Positions 36,969 to 44,830 of a stretch of DNA of 64,000 nt are shown here, in pieces (position 1 is the first letter of the stretch; every line of letters starts with the position of its first letter). Where the stretch lies: NCBI GenBank assembly GCA_041690395.1, contig JAWLHJ010000001.1, forward strand, positions 640,001 through 704,000. Direction: 5' to 3'. The translations under genes and the position numbers were made by a program. Under the pieces are notes generated by a model. The model was given only the letters and a program-made list of their open reading frames with translations. It was not told the DNA's origin and searched no databases. Source of the DNA: Longimicrobiales bacterium (GTDB lineage: Bacteria > Gemmatimonadota > Gemmatimonadetes > Longimicrobiales > Gaopeijiaceae).

Positions 36969-38038
36969 CGGGCCGACTCCAGGACTTCTGCGGCGAGTGG
37001 AGCCCTGGGGCTGGTCGAGCCCGCGAGAGCCTCGAGCTCCTCGGAACGACCCAGCGCGAGGAGGCCGTGCGCCGCCTGGAGGGCGACCCAGGGCGAGGGG
37101 TCGTCGAGACCGGCCGAGACCATTTCCACGTCCGAGGTCCTCCGGTCGCTCAGGTTGGATATCGCCCGGAGCGCCACGGCCCGCACGTGCGCGGTCGGCG
37201 AGCTGGCGAAGGGACGGATCACCGCGAGCTGACCGGGCCCCCCGAGTGCGCCGATCAGCCGGATGATCTCGGCCTGGACCTCGGGGTCGTCCTCATCGGG
37301 GAGGAGGCCGGCCGCCGGCTCGACCGACCCGATGTGGTGGAGCTCCCGCAGCGCCTGGAACGCGATGGAACGGAATCGGGGCTTCGCGGATCGGTCGGTC
37401 GCGAGCTCACGGAGGAAGGGCGCCGCCCCGGGTCCGAAGCTCACGAGCAGGCTGGAGAGGTAGTTGGCGCTCCAGCTTTCGAAGGTTTCGAGCCGGGAGA
37501 GGAGGTGGGGCACGTGGCTCGGGTCTCCGTGGCGGGCGAGCGCTCGCGCGGCGACCATGGCCACGAGCCCGGAGCTGTCCTCGAGCCCGCTGGCGATACG
37601 CTCCCGCCCCTGCTCGTAGCCGAGCTCGCCCAGGATGTCGAGGGCGTAGGCGCGCCGGTATGCGTCGGGATCGTCCAGGAGGGAGTCGAGGGCGCCGAGG
37701 TACGGCCGGCCGACGCGCTCGATGTTCCGCCGCTCGGGGCCCTCCAGCGCCCGTGCGTACTTCGTGACGAGCTCCAGGAAAAGCACCTGGTCCTCCTCGT
37801 CGACGTCCGGCTCCTCCGGGCGCGGACCGTCCCGGTCCGGGGCGGCCGTGGACTCGCCCGTCGCGGCATCCAGGAGCCGGCCCTTCCACCGATCCTCCAG
37901 CGCCCTCTTCCGGCGCTCGGTCCGCAGACTCCGGAGGTGGAGCACGAAGGCGTAGCCCATGAACGCGAAGGTGAACCCCGTGAGCGCGAGGACCGCGGCG
38001 ATGGCGAGCTGGAGGGTGAGATCCGAGGCGGGGATCAT
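36965..38038 (-). CDS. Membrane-anchored HEAT-repeat protein
   Basis: N-terminal TM, then LLDDPDAYRRAYALDILGELG, LEDSSGLVAMVAARALA, DEDDPEVQAEIIRLIG, LDDPSPWVALQAAHGL repeats; 4-nt overlaps on both sides. Confidence 0.88.
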   Translation of the reverse strand: MIPASDLTLQLAIAAVLALTGFTFAFMGYAFVLHLRSLRTERRKRALEDRWKGRLLDAATGESTAAPDRDGPRPEEPDVDEEDQVLFLELVTKYARALEGPERRNIERVGRPYLGALDSLLDDPDAYRRAYALDILGELGYEQGRERIASGLEDSSGLVAMVAARALARHGDPSHVPHLLSRLETFESWSANYLSSLLVSFGPGAAPFLRELATDRSAKPRFRSIAFQALRELHHIGSVEPAAGLLPDEDDPEVQAEIIRLIGALGGPGQLAVIRPFASSPTAHVRAVALRAISNLSDRRTSDVEMVSAGLDDPSPWVALQAAHGLLALGRSEELEALAGSTSPRAPLAAEVLESAR

Positions 38039-39798
38039 CGATGCCGGACCAGCCGCAGCACCCGCGTGAGCAGCTCAGTCGGGGAGAACGGCTTCGTCAC
38101 GTAGTCGTCCGCCCCGAGCTCGAAGCCGCGTTGCACGTGCTCCTGCCGACCCAGCGAGGTGAACATCAGCACGGGCGTGTCCCTGGCACCGGCATCCTCA
38201 CGGAGCCGCCCGAGGATCTCGAAGCCGTCCATCGACGGGAGTTGCACGTCCAGGATGACGACGTGGGGTGGCCGCTCCAGAATCGCGGCCAGCGCGAGTG
38301 CGCCGTCGGTGTGATGCTCGACGAGAAAGCCACTGCGCTCCAGACGATGACGCACGAGGCCGGCCGTCACCGGGTCGTCCTCGACCAGGGTCGCGCGCGG
38401 GCGGGCTCCGTGGGCGTGGCCGCGCGTGTCGGCGGGGCGTCCGGGGGACGGTTCGTCGACCTCCTCGACGGGATCGGCCACCGCGGAGGCCATCGCGGAC
38501 ACGGCGTCGAGGAGGTCCTCGTCCCTGCCCACGCGCCGGACCCGGCTGCGGAGATATCGGGACACCCCCGGAAGCGCTCCGATGCGGTCCGCCAGGGCGA
38601 GCATCGCGGACTCGTCCCTGGAGGGGCTCACGACGACGATCTCGTCGACCCCCCACCGGGCCATGAGCTCGTTCGCCTCCAGCTCCGAGGCCAGCGAGCC
38701 GATGACCGTTCTGAGGAGGCGGGGAAGCAGTGGCGCGGAGCCCGAGGCGCCGTCGTTCGGCTCTTCCTCGGGGACGCCGTTTCCGTCGGGATCGGTGTCG
38801 AACTCGAGAAGCGCCAGGGTGAACGGCGTGGTGTCCGCTCCGGTCCGGCTCTGCGACGAGACGAGCTTCTGGACCTCCGAGAGGGTCAGCGGCACGCCCA
38901 GGGGATCGGGATCGGGGGCCGTCGAGCGCCCCTTCGCGATCACGTGTTCCACCGCCCGACCGAGCTCGCCGGCGTCGTACGGCTTGTCGAAGAACCAGTC
39001 CGCGCCCAGGCCGAAGCACTCCTCGCGGGTCCGAGGTCCGGCCTTTCCGGTCACGACCACGACGCCGGTGTCCTTGGCCTTCGGATCACGCCGAAGGTCG
39101 GCGAGCAGGTGCCGTCCGTCTTCGTCCGGGAGGATCAGGTCGAGGACGATGACGTCCGGATCGGCCTCGGCGATGGTCCTCCTGGCCTCCTTCGCGGTGG
39201 TGGCCACGAGGATGGACCGATCGGGCCGCGTCAGCGCGTCCTGCAGCATGCGGACCGCCGAGGGCTCGTCCTCGACGACCAGAATCCGTGCGCGCGACGC
39301 CGATTCGGGAGGCTTCTCGGGCACCGGGCCACGCGGCTCGGCCACCCCGGAGGGTTCGGCGGGCTCGGAATCCGGTGGCTGCTCGACTGCGGGAGCCGGG
39401 GTCGCGGCATGCAGGCGGAGTCCGGCGCTGCGCGAGAGGATCCGGAAGTCCGGATCGGCGGCGAGCACGTCGAGATCGTCCCGGAGTGCCGTCGCGGCAA
39501 CGAGGCACGCGGCCAGCGACGAGACCGGCTCACCGGCCGCACGGGCGGTCCGGAACAGCTCCGCCGCGCGCTCGAGGTCGAGAGGCGTCGGTGGGTCGCA
39601 ACGGTCGAGGGACCTCACGAGGGTGGCGAGACGGCGGCCGTCGGCCTCGTCCGAGGCGCCCGCGAGGAGCTCGGCGATGACCGTGTCCGTCGTGTGGATG
39701 GGGGCGTGCCGCTCGAGGAGCCGGCGCACCGCGGTGTCGGCGAGCGATCCGTCGGCACGGAGGAAGGCGATCCACGCCGAAGTATCGACGAGTGTCAT
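38035..39798 (-). CDS. PIN (VapC-like) - REC - degenerate GGDEF - REC fusion protein (587 aa)
   Basis: ATG 39798 overlaps the upstream stop. MTLVDTSAWIAFLR...VIAELLAG...CLVAATA...DPDF (PIN); ILVVEDE...IVLDLILPDEDG...DKP (REC); TLALLEFD...ARWGVDEIVVV...LADRI (GGDEF-like); LVEDD...ILDVQLPSMDG...GADDYVTKPFSPTEL (REC). Single uninterrupted frame. Confidence 0.88.
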   Translation of the reverse strand: MTLVDTSAWIAFLRADGSLADTAVRRLLERHAPIHTTDTVIAELLAGASDEADGRRLATLVRSLDRCDPPTPLDLERAAELFRTARAAGEPVSSLAACLVAATALRDDLDVLAADPDFRILSRSAGLRLHAATPAPAVEQPPDSEPAEPSGVAEPRGPVPEKPPESASRARILVVEDEPSAVRMLQDALTRPDRSILVATTAKEARRTIAEADPDVIVLDLILPDEDGRHLLADLRRDPKAKDTGVVVVTGKAGPRTREECFGLGADWFFDKPYDAGELGRAVEHVIAKGRSTAPDPDPLGVPLTLSEVQKLVSSQSRTGADTTPFTLALLEFDTDPDGNGVPEEEPNDGASGSAPLLPRLLRTVIGSLASELEANELMARWGVDEIVVVSPSRDESAMLALADRIGALPGVSRYLRSRVRRVGRDEDLLDAVSAMASAVADPVEEVDEPSPGRPADTRGHAHGARPRATLVEDDPVTAGLVRHRLERSGFLVEHHTDGALALAAILERPPHVVILDVQLPSMDGFEILGRLREDAGARDTPVLMFTSLGRQEHVQRGFELGADDYVTKPFSPTELLTRVLRLVRHR

Positions 39799-40163
39799 GG
39801 CTCGGACGGTGCGGTGCGCCCGGGGCCTCGCAGCGTCTTCAGATCGCCCGACCACCCCGCTCCGCGCAGCGCGAGCAGCTCGGATCTCGACAGTGGGGGA
39901 TCCGCCGCGCGCCTCAGTGCGAAGTCGAGCGCCTCCGTCGGCGAAGTGAGGCCGTGGCGGTCCATGACGGCCCGGACGAGGCTCGGGTCGGGTCGGAGTG
40001 TCTCGTCCCGGGTGGGAGCCGAAGACGGGGCGAGGCGCCCGGCCCGGGCGTCGCGCAGCCGCTGGCGCACCCACGCCGAGACGGTGAGGCGGGCCGCGTC
40101 GGCCGCTTCCTGAATCTCGTCGTATTCGGCGTCGTCCATGACGACCTGAAGGCGTTTGCTCAT
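39795..40163 (-). CDS. VapB-like antitoxin with two ribbon-helix-helix-type modules
   Basis: MSKRLQVVMDDAEYDEIQEAA...TVSAWVRQRLR (RHH) plus PDPSLVRAVMDRHGLTSPTEALDFALRR...LLALRGAGWSGDL..LR (VapB-type with GWxGDL tail); directly upstream of the PIN domain. Confidence 0.82.
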   Translation of the reverse strand: MSKRLQVVMDDAEYDEIQEAADAARLTVSAWVRQRLRDARAGRLAPSSAPTRDETLRPDPSLVRAVMDRHGLTSPTEALDFALRRAADPPLSRSELLALRGAGWSGDLKTLRGPGRTAPSEP

Positions 40164-40198
40164 GGCATGAGTATGCTTTACTCAATCCGTTGTCACAA
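40164..40198 (-). promoter_or_regulatory. Leaderless-type sigma70 promoter with palindromic operator
   Basis: -35 TTGTGA (40198-40193), 17-nt spacer, -10 CATACT (40175-40170), 6 nt to ATG, no SD; inverted repeat TGAGTA-N5-TACTCA (40168-40184) overlaps the -10. Confidence 0.7.
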
Positions 40199-40277
40199 GG
40201 CTGCGCGGGGCCGCTCGCGTGTAGCCGAGGGAGAACGCCAACGTGGCACTCGACCCTGGAACCTCGCATCTTTGACC

Positions 40278-42896
40278 ATGCCATTCACGACGCGTCTCCG
40301 ACCGTGGCGCCCCCGGGCACTTCTTCTCGTGCTCGCCGGGCTCGTCTCCTGCTCGGAGAATCCCACCGGGAACGAGCAGCCCACGCCCACGACCGTCTCT
40401 GTGTCCACGGCGAGCTTGTCGTTCTCCGCAGTCGATGACACAGCGAGGGTGTCCGCGACGGTGTTGGACCAGAACGGTGAAGCGCTGTCCGGGGCTCAGG
40501 TGAGCTGGTCGTCATCGGATCTCGAGGTGGTCACGGTTTCGGGGTCGGGACTCGTCACCGCGACGGGGAATGGTAACGCGACGGTCACCGCGGCCTCGGG
40601 TGACGCGCGTGGGGCCGTGAGTGTCGAGGTCGAACAAGTGCCTGTCCGATTACGCTTTACGCCGGATCCCGTCGCCCTCCCCGAGGTGGCCGACACGGTG
40701 ACCGTCGTCGCCCGCCTGGTGGACAGGAACGACAACCCGATGCCCACCGGCCCCGTGACGTGGATGTCCGACGCTCCCGACACGGTGTCCGTCTCGGAGT
40801 TCGGTCTCGTCACGGCCGAGGCCGAGGGTCAGACCCGCCTCTCCGCCGAAGCGGACGGATTCTCAGGCGAGCTGGCCGCGTTCGTCGGCAACGCGGTGGT
40901 CGTGATCGGGAGTGTGGGGCCGTCCCCGATGATCGACGGGGACACGGCGGTCATCAGGGGGCTCGGCTTCGACCCGAATCCGGCCGGCAACGCGGTGAGG
41001 CTCGACGGATTCGAGGCCACGGTCACGTCCGCTTCCTCGGTCGAGCTCCGAGTGGTGGTGCCGGACGCGGACTGTAGCCCGCCGCGGGAGGCCTGGGTGC
41101 GAGTGGCTGCCCGGGGCATGGTGGACTCCACGACCGCGCCCGTTCATCCGGCGAGCCTGAGCGCGCTCGCGGCTGGTGAAGGCGTCTACGCGACGGACGG
41201 ATGCGTGCACCTGGCGGCAGCGGACGGGGCGGCCGAGTACGTCGTGGGCATCCTGTCGGCGTCCGAGACGCCGAGCTCGCTCACTCCGGCGGCTCTGGCG
41301 GCCCGCGTCGGCTCGCGATCGGTCACCCTCGCGACTTCGGCGTCCCGGGTCGCGCGCTCCGGCTCGTCCGGGACGTCCGTCAAGGCGTTCTCGTCACCGT
41401 TCCGGGGGGCGGCCCACGCCGGCCCGACCACCACCGCGACGCGGGCGCCCGGCGCGGGCTCGGGGCTTCGGTCTCCGGGCCACGCCGCGGGGCTCGACCG
41501 GAGCGGAGAGGCGCGCGTCAGGGCGGCGGAGCGGGCATGGCTGGAGTCGCTCGGGCCGATCACGCCGGGGCCACGGCGGAGCCCGGCGGGTGCGCCGTCG
41601 GCCGCGCCGCCCGAGGTGGGCCAGACGTTGAATCTCAACATCCCCGATTTCGACGTTCCGGAGGATGTGTGTGAGGCCGGGACCGGCACCCCCGTCGAGG
41701 CGGTCGTCCGTTACGTGGGTGAGTCGGTGGCGTTCCTCGAGGATGTGGACAACCCGTCGGGTGGGTTCACCGTCACGGAGTACGCCGCCTTCGACGACTT
41801 CCTGACCGACACGACCATGGCCGTCATCACCGACTACTTCGGAGACTTCGCGGACGTGGACGACAACGGCCTCGTGTTCGTCCTGCTCTCGCAGGAGATC
41901 AACACGCGGGAGAACCTGGCCGGCTTCGTCTTCAGCGGCGACCTGGCCCCCTTGGGTGGGTTCCAGTGCGCGGCGGCCAACGACGCCGAGATCTTCTACG
42001 GGCTGGCGCCGGATCCGAACGGCGTCGCCAACCCTGACCGCCGGTTCACCAAGGACGAGCTCGAGCGCATCTACCCGCCGCTCATCGCCCACGAGCTCAC
42101 CCACGTGCTGCAGTTCACGCAGGCGTTCACGGCGTCCGGGGTCGTCCAGTCGTCGTGGCAGCTCGAGGGCGGTGCGACGCTCGCGGAGCAGCTCGTCGGC
42201 TACGATGTGTTCGGCCACGGCCCCAGGCAGAATCTGGGCTTCGGTGCGTGGGACGCGGGAGCCGACGACCAGGACGCCACCCCCGACTGGTATCGGGACT
42301 GGGTCGTCGATATGGCGCTCTACTTCGGCTTCCAGGGGAACGACCCGCCCCTCGCCGCCACCCCGGAGGAGTGCTCCTGGATCGGGCGGGAGGACGAGGG
42401 CAACACCGGCCCGTGCGAGAACCGGCGCGCCGTCTACGGGGTGCCCTCCACGCTGCTCCGGTGGGTGCTCGACCTCGGGGGGGACGATGCACAGGACGAC
42501 CGGGACCTCATGCGCCAGATGACGTCGTCCTCCACCACCGGCCTCGCCACGCTGGAGCAGGCCACCGGCGCGGACCGGCTCGACCTGCTGGTTCCGTTCG
42601 CGGTGACGCTGTGGGCGGACGGCAACCCCGCGCTTCCGGCGGACGAGCAGGACTGGCTCGAGTCCTGGGACATCCACGGCATCTACGAGTCGCTGAACCC
42701 GGACGCCGGCCTCCGGCCCTACACCAGCTCCGCGCCCGCACCGGACCTCGAGGTCGCCGTGCGGGCCGCGTCGAGCGCATATCTGGAGTGGACCGCCCCT
42801 TCCGATCACGCGCCTACGAGCCTCCGCATCCGGGCGCCGGCCGACGAAGGGCTGCTTCCGGAGCACATGATCCTCTGGGTCCTGCGCGTCCAATGA
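40278..42896 (+). CDS. Large lipoprotein with Ig-like (Big_2/IPT) domains and a gluzincin metallopeptidase domain (M30-like)
   Basis: LVSC lipobox; two VSWSSSD..VVTVS.SGLVTA-type repeats; IRGLGF...ELRVVVP IPT; DVDDNGLVFVL, IAHELTHVLQF, WQLEGGATLAE. Confidence 0.85.
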   Translation: MPFTTRLRPWRPRALLLVLAGLVSCSENPTGNEQPTPTTVSVSTASLSFSAVDDTARVSATVLDQNGEALSGAQVSWSSSDLEVVTVSGSGLVTATGNGNATVTAASGDARGAVSVEVEQVPVRLRFTPDPVALPEVADTVTVVARLVDRNDNPMPTGPVTWMSDAPDTVSVSEFGLVTAEAEGQTRLSAEADGFSGELAAFVGNAVVVIGSVGPSPMIDGDTAVIRGLGFDPNPAGNAVRLDGFEATVTSASSVELRVVVPDADCSPPREAWVRVAARGMVDSTTAPVHPASLSALAAGEGVYATDGCVHLAAADGAAEYVVGILSASETPSSLTPAALAARVGSRSVTLATSASRVARSGSSGTSVKAFSSPFRGAAHAGPTTTATRAPGAGSGLRSPGHAAGLDRSGEARVRAAERAWLESLGPITPGPRRSPAGAPSAAPPEVGQTLNLNIPDFDVPEDVCEAGTGTPVEAVVRYVGESVAFLEDVDNPSGGFTVTEYAAFDDFLTDTTMAVITDYFGDFADVDDNGLVFVLLSQEINTRENLAGFVFSGDLAPLGGFQCAAANDAEIFYGLAPDPNGVANPDRRFTKDELERIYPPLIAHELTHVLQFTQAFTASGVVQSSWQLEGGATLAEQLVGYDVFGHGPRQNLGFGAWDAGADDQDATPDWYRDWVVDMALYFGFQGNDPPLAATPEECSWIGREDEGNTGPCENRRAVYGVPSTLLRWVLDLGGDDAQDDRDLMRQMTSSSTTGLATLEQATGADRLDLLVPFAVTLWADGNPALPADEQDWLESWDIHGIYESLNPDAGLRPYTSSAPAPDLEVAVRAASSAYLEWTAPSDHAPTSLRIRAPADEGLLPEHMILWVLRVQ

Positions 42897-43438
42897 GCTG
42901 CCTCGGGAAGGTCGGGTCGCTCCTGGGCCCGCTCGCCATGTTGGTCGCGGCGGCTTGCGCATCCGCGCCCTCCGACGGGCCCGATGAGGGCACGGACGCG
43001 AGCGGCGCCACCAACTCGGCCACCGAGTGCGTGACCGGCGTCGTCGTCTCCGAGGGGATGGACATCGCGCCGCGGACGCTCGTACGCGCCGACGACGGAG
43101 GCACCACCGAGCTGCTAGGTGTCTTCGCGGGGAACGTCCGCCGGCTGACCGGCGCCACGGTGCGGGCCTGCGGGCCCGGCCGCACGTCCGAGGGCGCCCT
43201 CGAGGTCACGGAGGTCCACGTGCTGTCGGTCGACGGCATGCCCGCGGTGCTCGGCACCCTCCGCTCGGTCGTGTCCGGTTGGGCGATCGAGCCGCTCGGC
43301 GGCGGTGATCTCGTCCTGCTCAGCGCGATGCCGGCGAGGCTCCAGGCCGCCGAGGGCGAGGTCGTTTGGGTCGCGGGACCGGCCGCCGCCGAGGCTCTGG
43401 CCGTGCGGTCGTTCGCCGTCCTGGAGGGGTGGCGCTGA
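42893..43438 (+). CDS. Hypothetical lipoprotein
   Basis: ATGA overlap; LAMLVAAA-C lipobox; two short beta-rich repeats. Confidence 0.75.
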   Translation: MSCLGKVGSLLGPLAMLVAAACASAPSDGPDEGTDASGATNSATECVTGVVVSEGMDIAPRTLVRADDGGTTELLGVFAGNVRRLTGATVRACGPGRTSEGALEVTEVHVLSVDGMPAVLGTLRSVVSGWAIEPLGGGDLVLLSAMPARLQAAEGEVVWVAGPAAAEALAVRSFAVLEGWR

Positions 43439-44811
43439 CCGACGGCGTATCATCGCCCCCGCCGCAGGACGCGGGGCAGGCGGGCCACCCCGTTTCACCG
43501 CGCCGGCGGGTGCTCGCGCTGGCCTGGCCGATCGTCCTGGCCAACTCGGCCGTGCCGCTCCTGGGACTCGTCGACACCGCGGTCATCGGGAACACGGGGA
43601 CCGTGCAGGGGCTGGGAGCCATCGCCCTCGGCGCGATCGTCTTCAACTTCGCCTACTGGAGCTTCGGCTTCCTGCGCATGGGGACGACGGGCTTCACCGC
43701 CCAGGCGTCGGGCGCCGGTGACGAGGCCGAGGTGCGGGCGACGCTGGCCCGTGCGCTCCTGCTGGGCGGCGGCCTCGCCGCGCTGCTCCTGCTCTTCCAG
43801 CAACCTCTGATCGGGGTGTCCCTTCGTCTGCTCGGGCCGAGTGACGACGTGGCGGCGCTCACCCGGGCGTACTTCGACGTCCGCATCTGGGGCGCGCCCG
43901 CGAGCCTAGCGACGTTCGCGCTGCTCGGTACCTTCGTCGGGCTCGGCCGGACCGGCCTGTTGCTCAAGACACAGATCGCCCTCAACGGTCTCAACATCCT
44001 GCTCGACGTGGTGTTCGCGGGCGTGCTCGACTGGGGGGTCCGGGGCATCGCCCTCGGCACCGCCATCGCCGAGTGGACGACGCTCGGGCTGGCCCTGCTG
44101 CTCGCGTACCGGCTCCTACGTGACCGGCACGAGGACACGGAGCCGTTCTGGCCCTGGGATCGGGTGCTCGATCGGGAGAAGGCGAAGAAGACCCTGGGAG
44201 CCAACACCGACATCATGATCCGTACCCTGGCGCTGCTCGGGGGGTTCGCCTGGTTCACGAGTCAGGGCGCGCGTTTCGGCGACACGGTGCTCGCCGCGAA
44301 CCACGTCCTCCTCCAGCTCGTGTCGGCCAGCGCCTATCTGCTGGACGGATATGCGCACGCCACCGAAGTCATGGTCGGCCGTGCGATCGGCGCCCGTACC
44401 CGGGAAGCATTCGACCGGGCCGTGCGCGCCGCGACGGAGCTGGCCGGTGGCACGGCGGTCGTCCTCACGGCTCTCGTCTGGTGGGCCGGACCGGCGGTGA
44501 TCGCGTTGCTCACGGCGCACGAGCCCGTGCGCGCGGTCGCGTCGGACTATCTGCCGTACACCGCGGTATACGTGCTGGTCTCCTTCGCCGCGTTCCAGCT
44601 CGATGGCGTGTTCATCGGGGCTACGCGCACTCGGGACATGCGGAACGCCGGGCTGGCTTCCCTCGCCGTCTTCCTGGGCGCCTCCTGGCTGCTCGTGCCC
44701 GATTGGGCCAACACCGGTCTCTGGGTCGCGTTCGTTATCTACGTCGTGACCCGCGGTGTGACGCTGGCCGCGCGGATGCCGGCACTGCGCGCGTCCGTGG
44801 GGGAGGGGTAG
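43429..44811 (+). CDS. MATE family efflux transporter (DinF-like)
   Basis: LAWPIVLAN..VPLLGLVDTAVIG, FGFLRMGTTGFTAQA, LNILLD, LLDGYA, FQLDGVFIG. Confidence 0.93.
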   Translation: MALTDGVSSPPPQDAGQAGHPVSPRRRVLALAWPIVLANSAVPLLGLVDTAVIGNTGTVQGLGAIALGAIVFNFAYWSFGFLRMGTTGFTAQASGAGDEAEVRATLARALLLGGGLAALLLLFQQPLIGVSLRLLGPSDDVAALTRAYFDVRIWGAPASLATFALLGTFVGLGRTGLLLKTQIALNGLNILLDVVFAGVLDWGVRGIALGTAIAEWTTLGLALLLAYRLLRDRHEDTEPFWPWDRVLDREKAKKTLGANTDIMIRTLALLGGFAWFTSQGARFGDTVLAANHVLLQLVSASAYLLDGYAHATEVMVGRAIGARTREAFDRAVRAATELAGGTAVVLTALVWWAGPAVIALLTAHEPVRAVASDYLPYTAVYVLVSFAAFQLDGVFIGATRTRDMRNAGLASLAVFLGASWLLVPDWANTGLWVAFVIYVVTRGVTLAARMPALRASVGEG

Positions 44812-44830
44812 CGGCCGGAGCCAAGGCCTG

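Noticed and set aside
39799..40284. N-terminal 162-aa extension of the PIN-REC ORF given in the ORF track
   Set aside because: Low-complexity read-through overlapping the VapB-like gene in another frame; ATG 39798 with ATGA coupling is the credible start.
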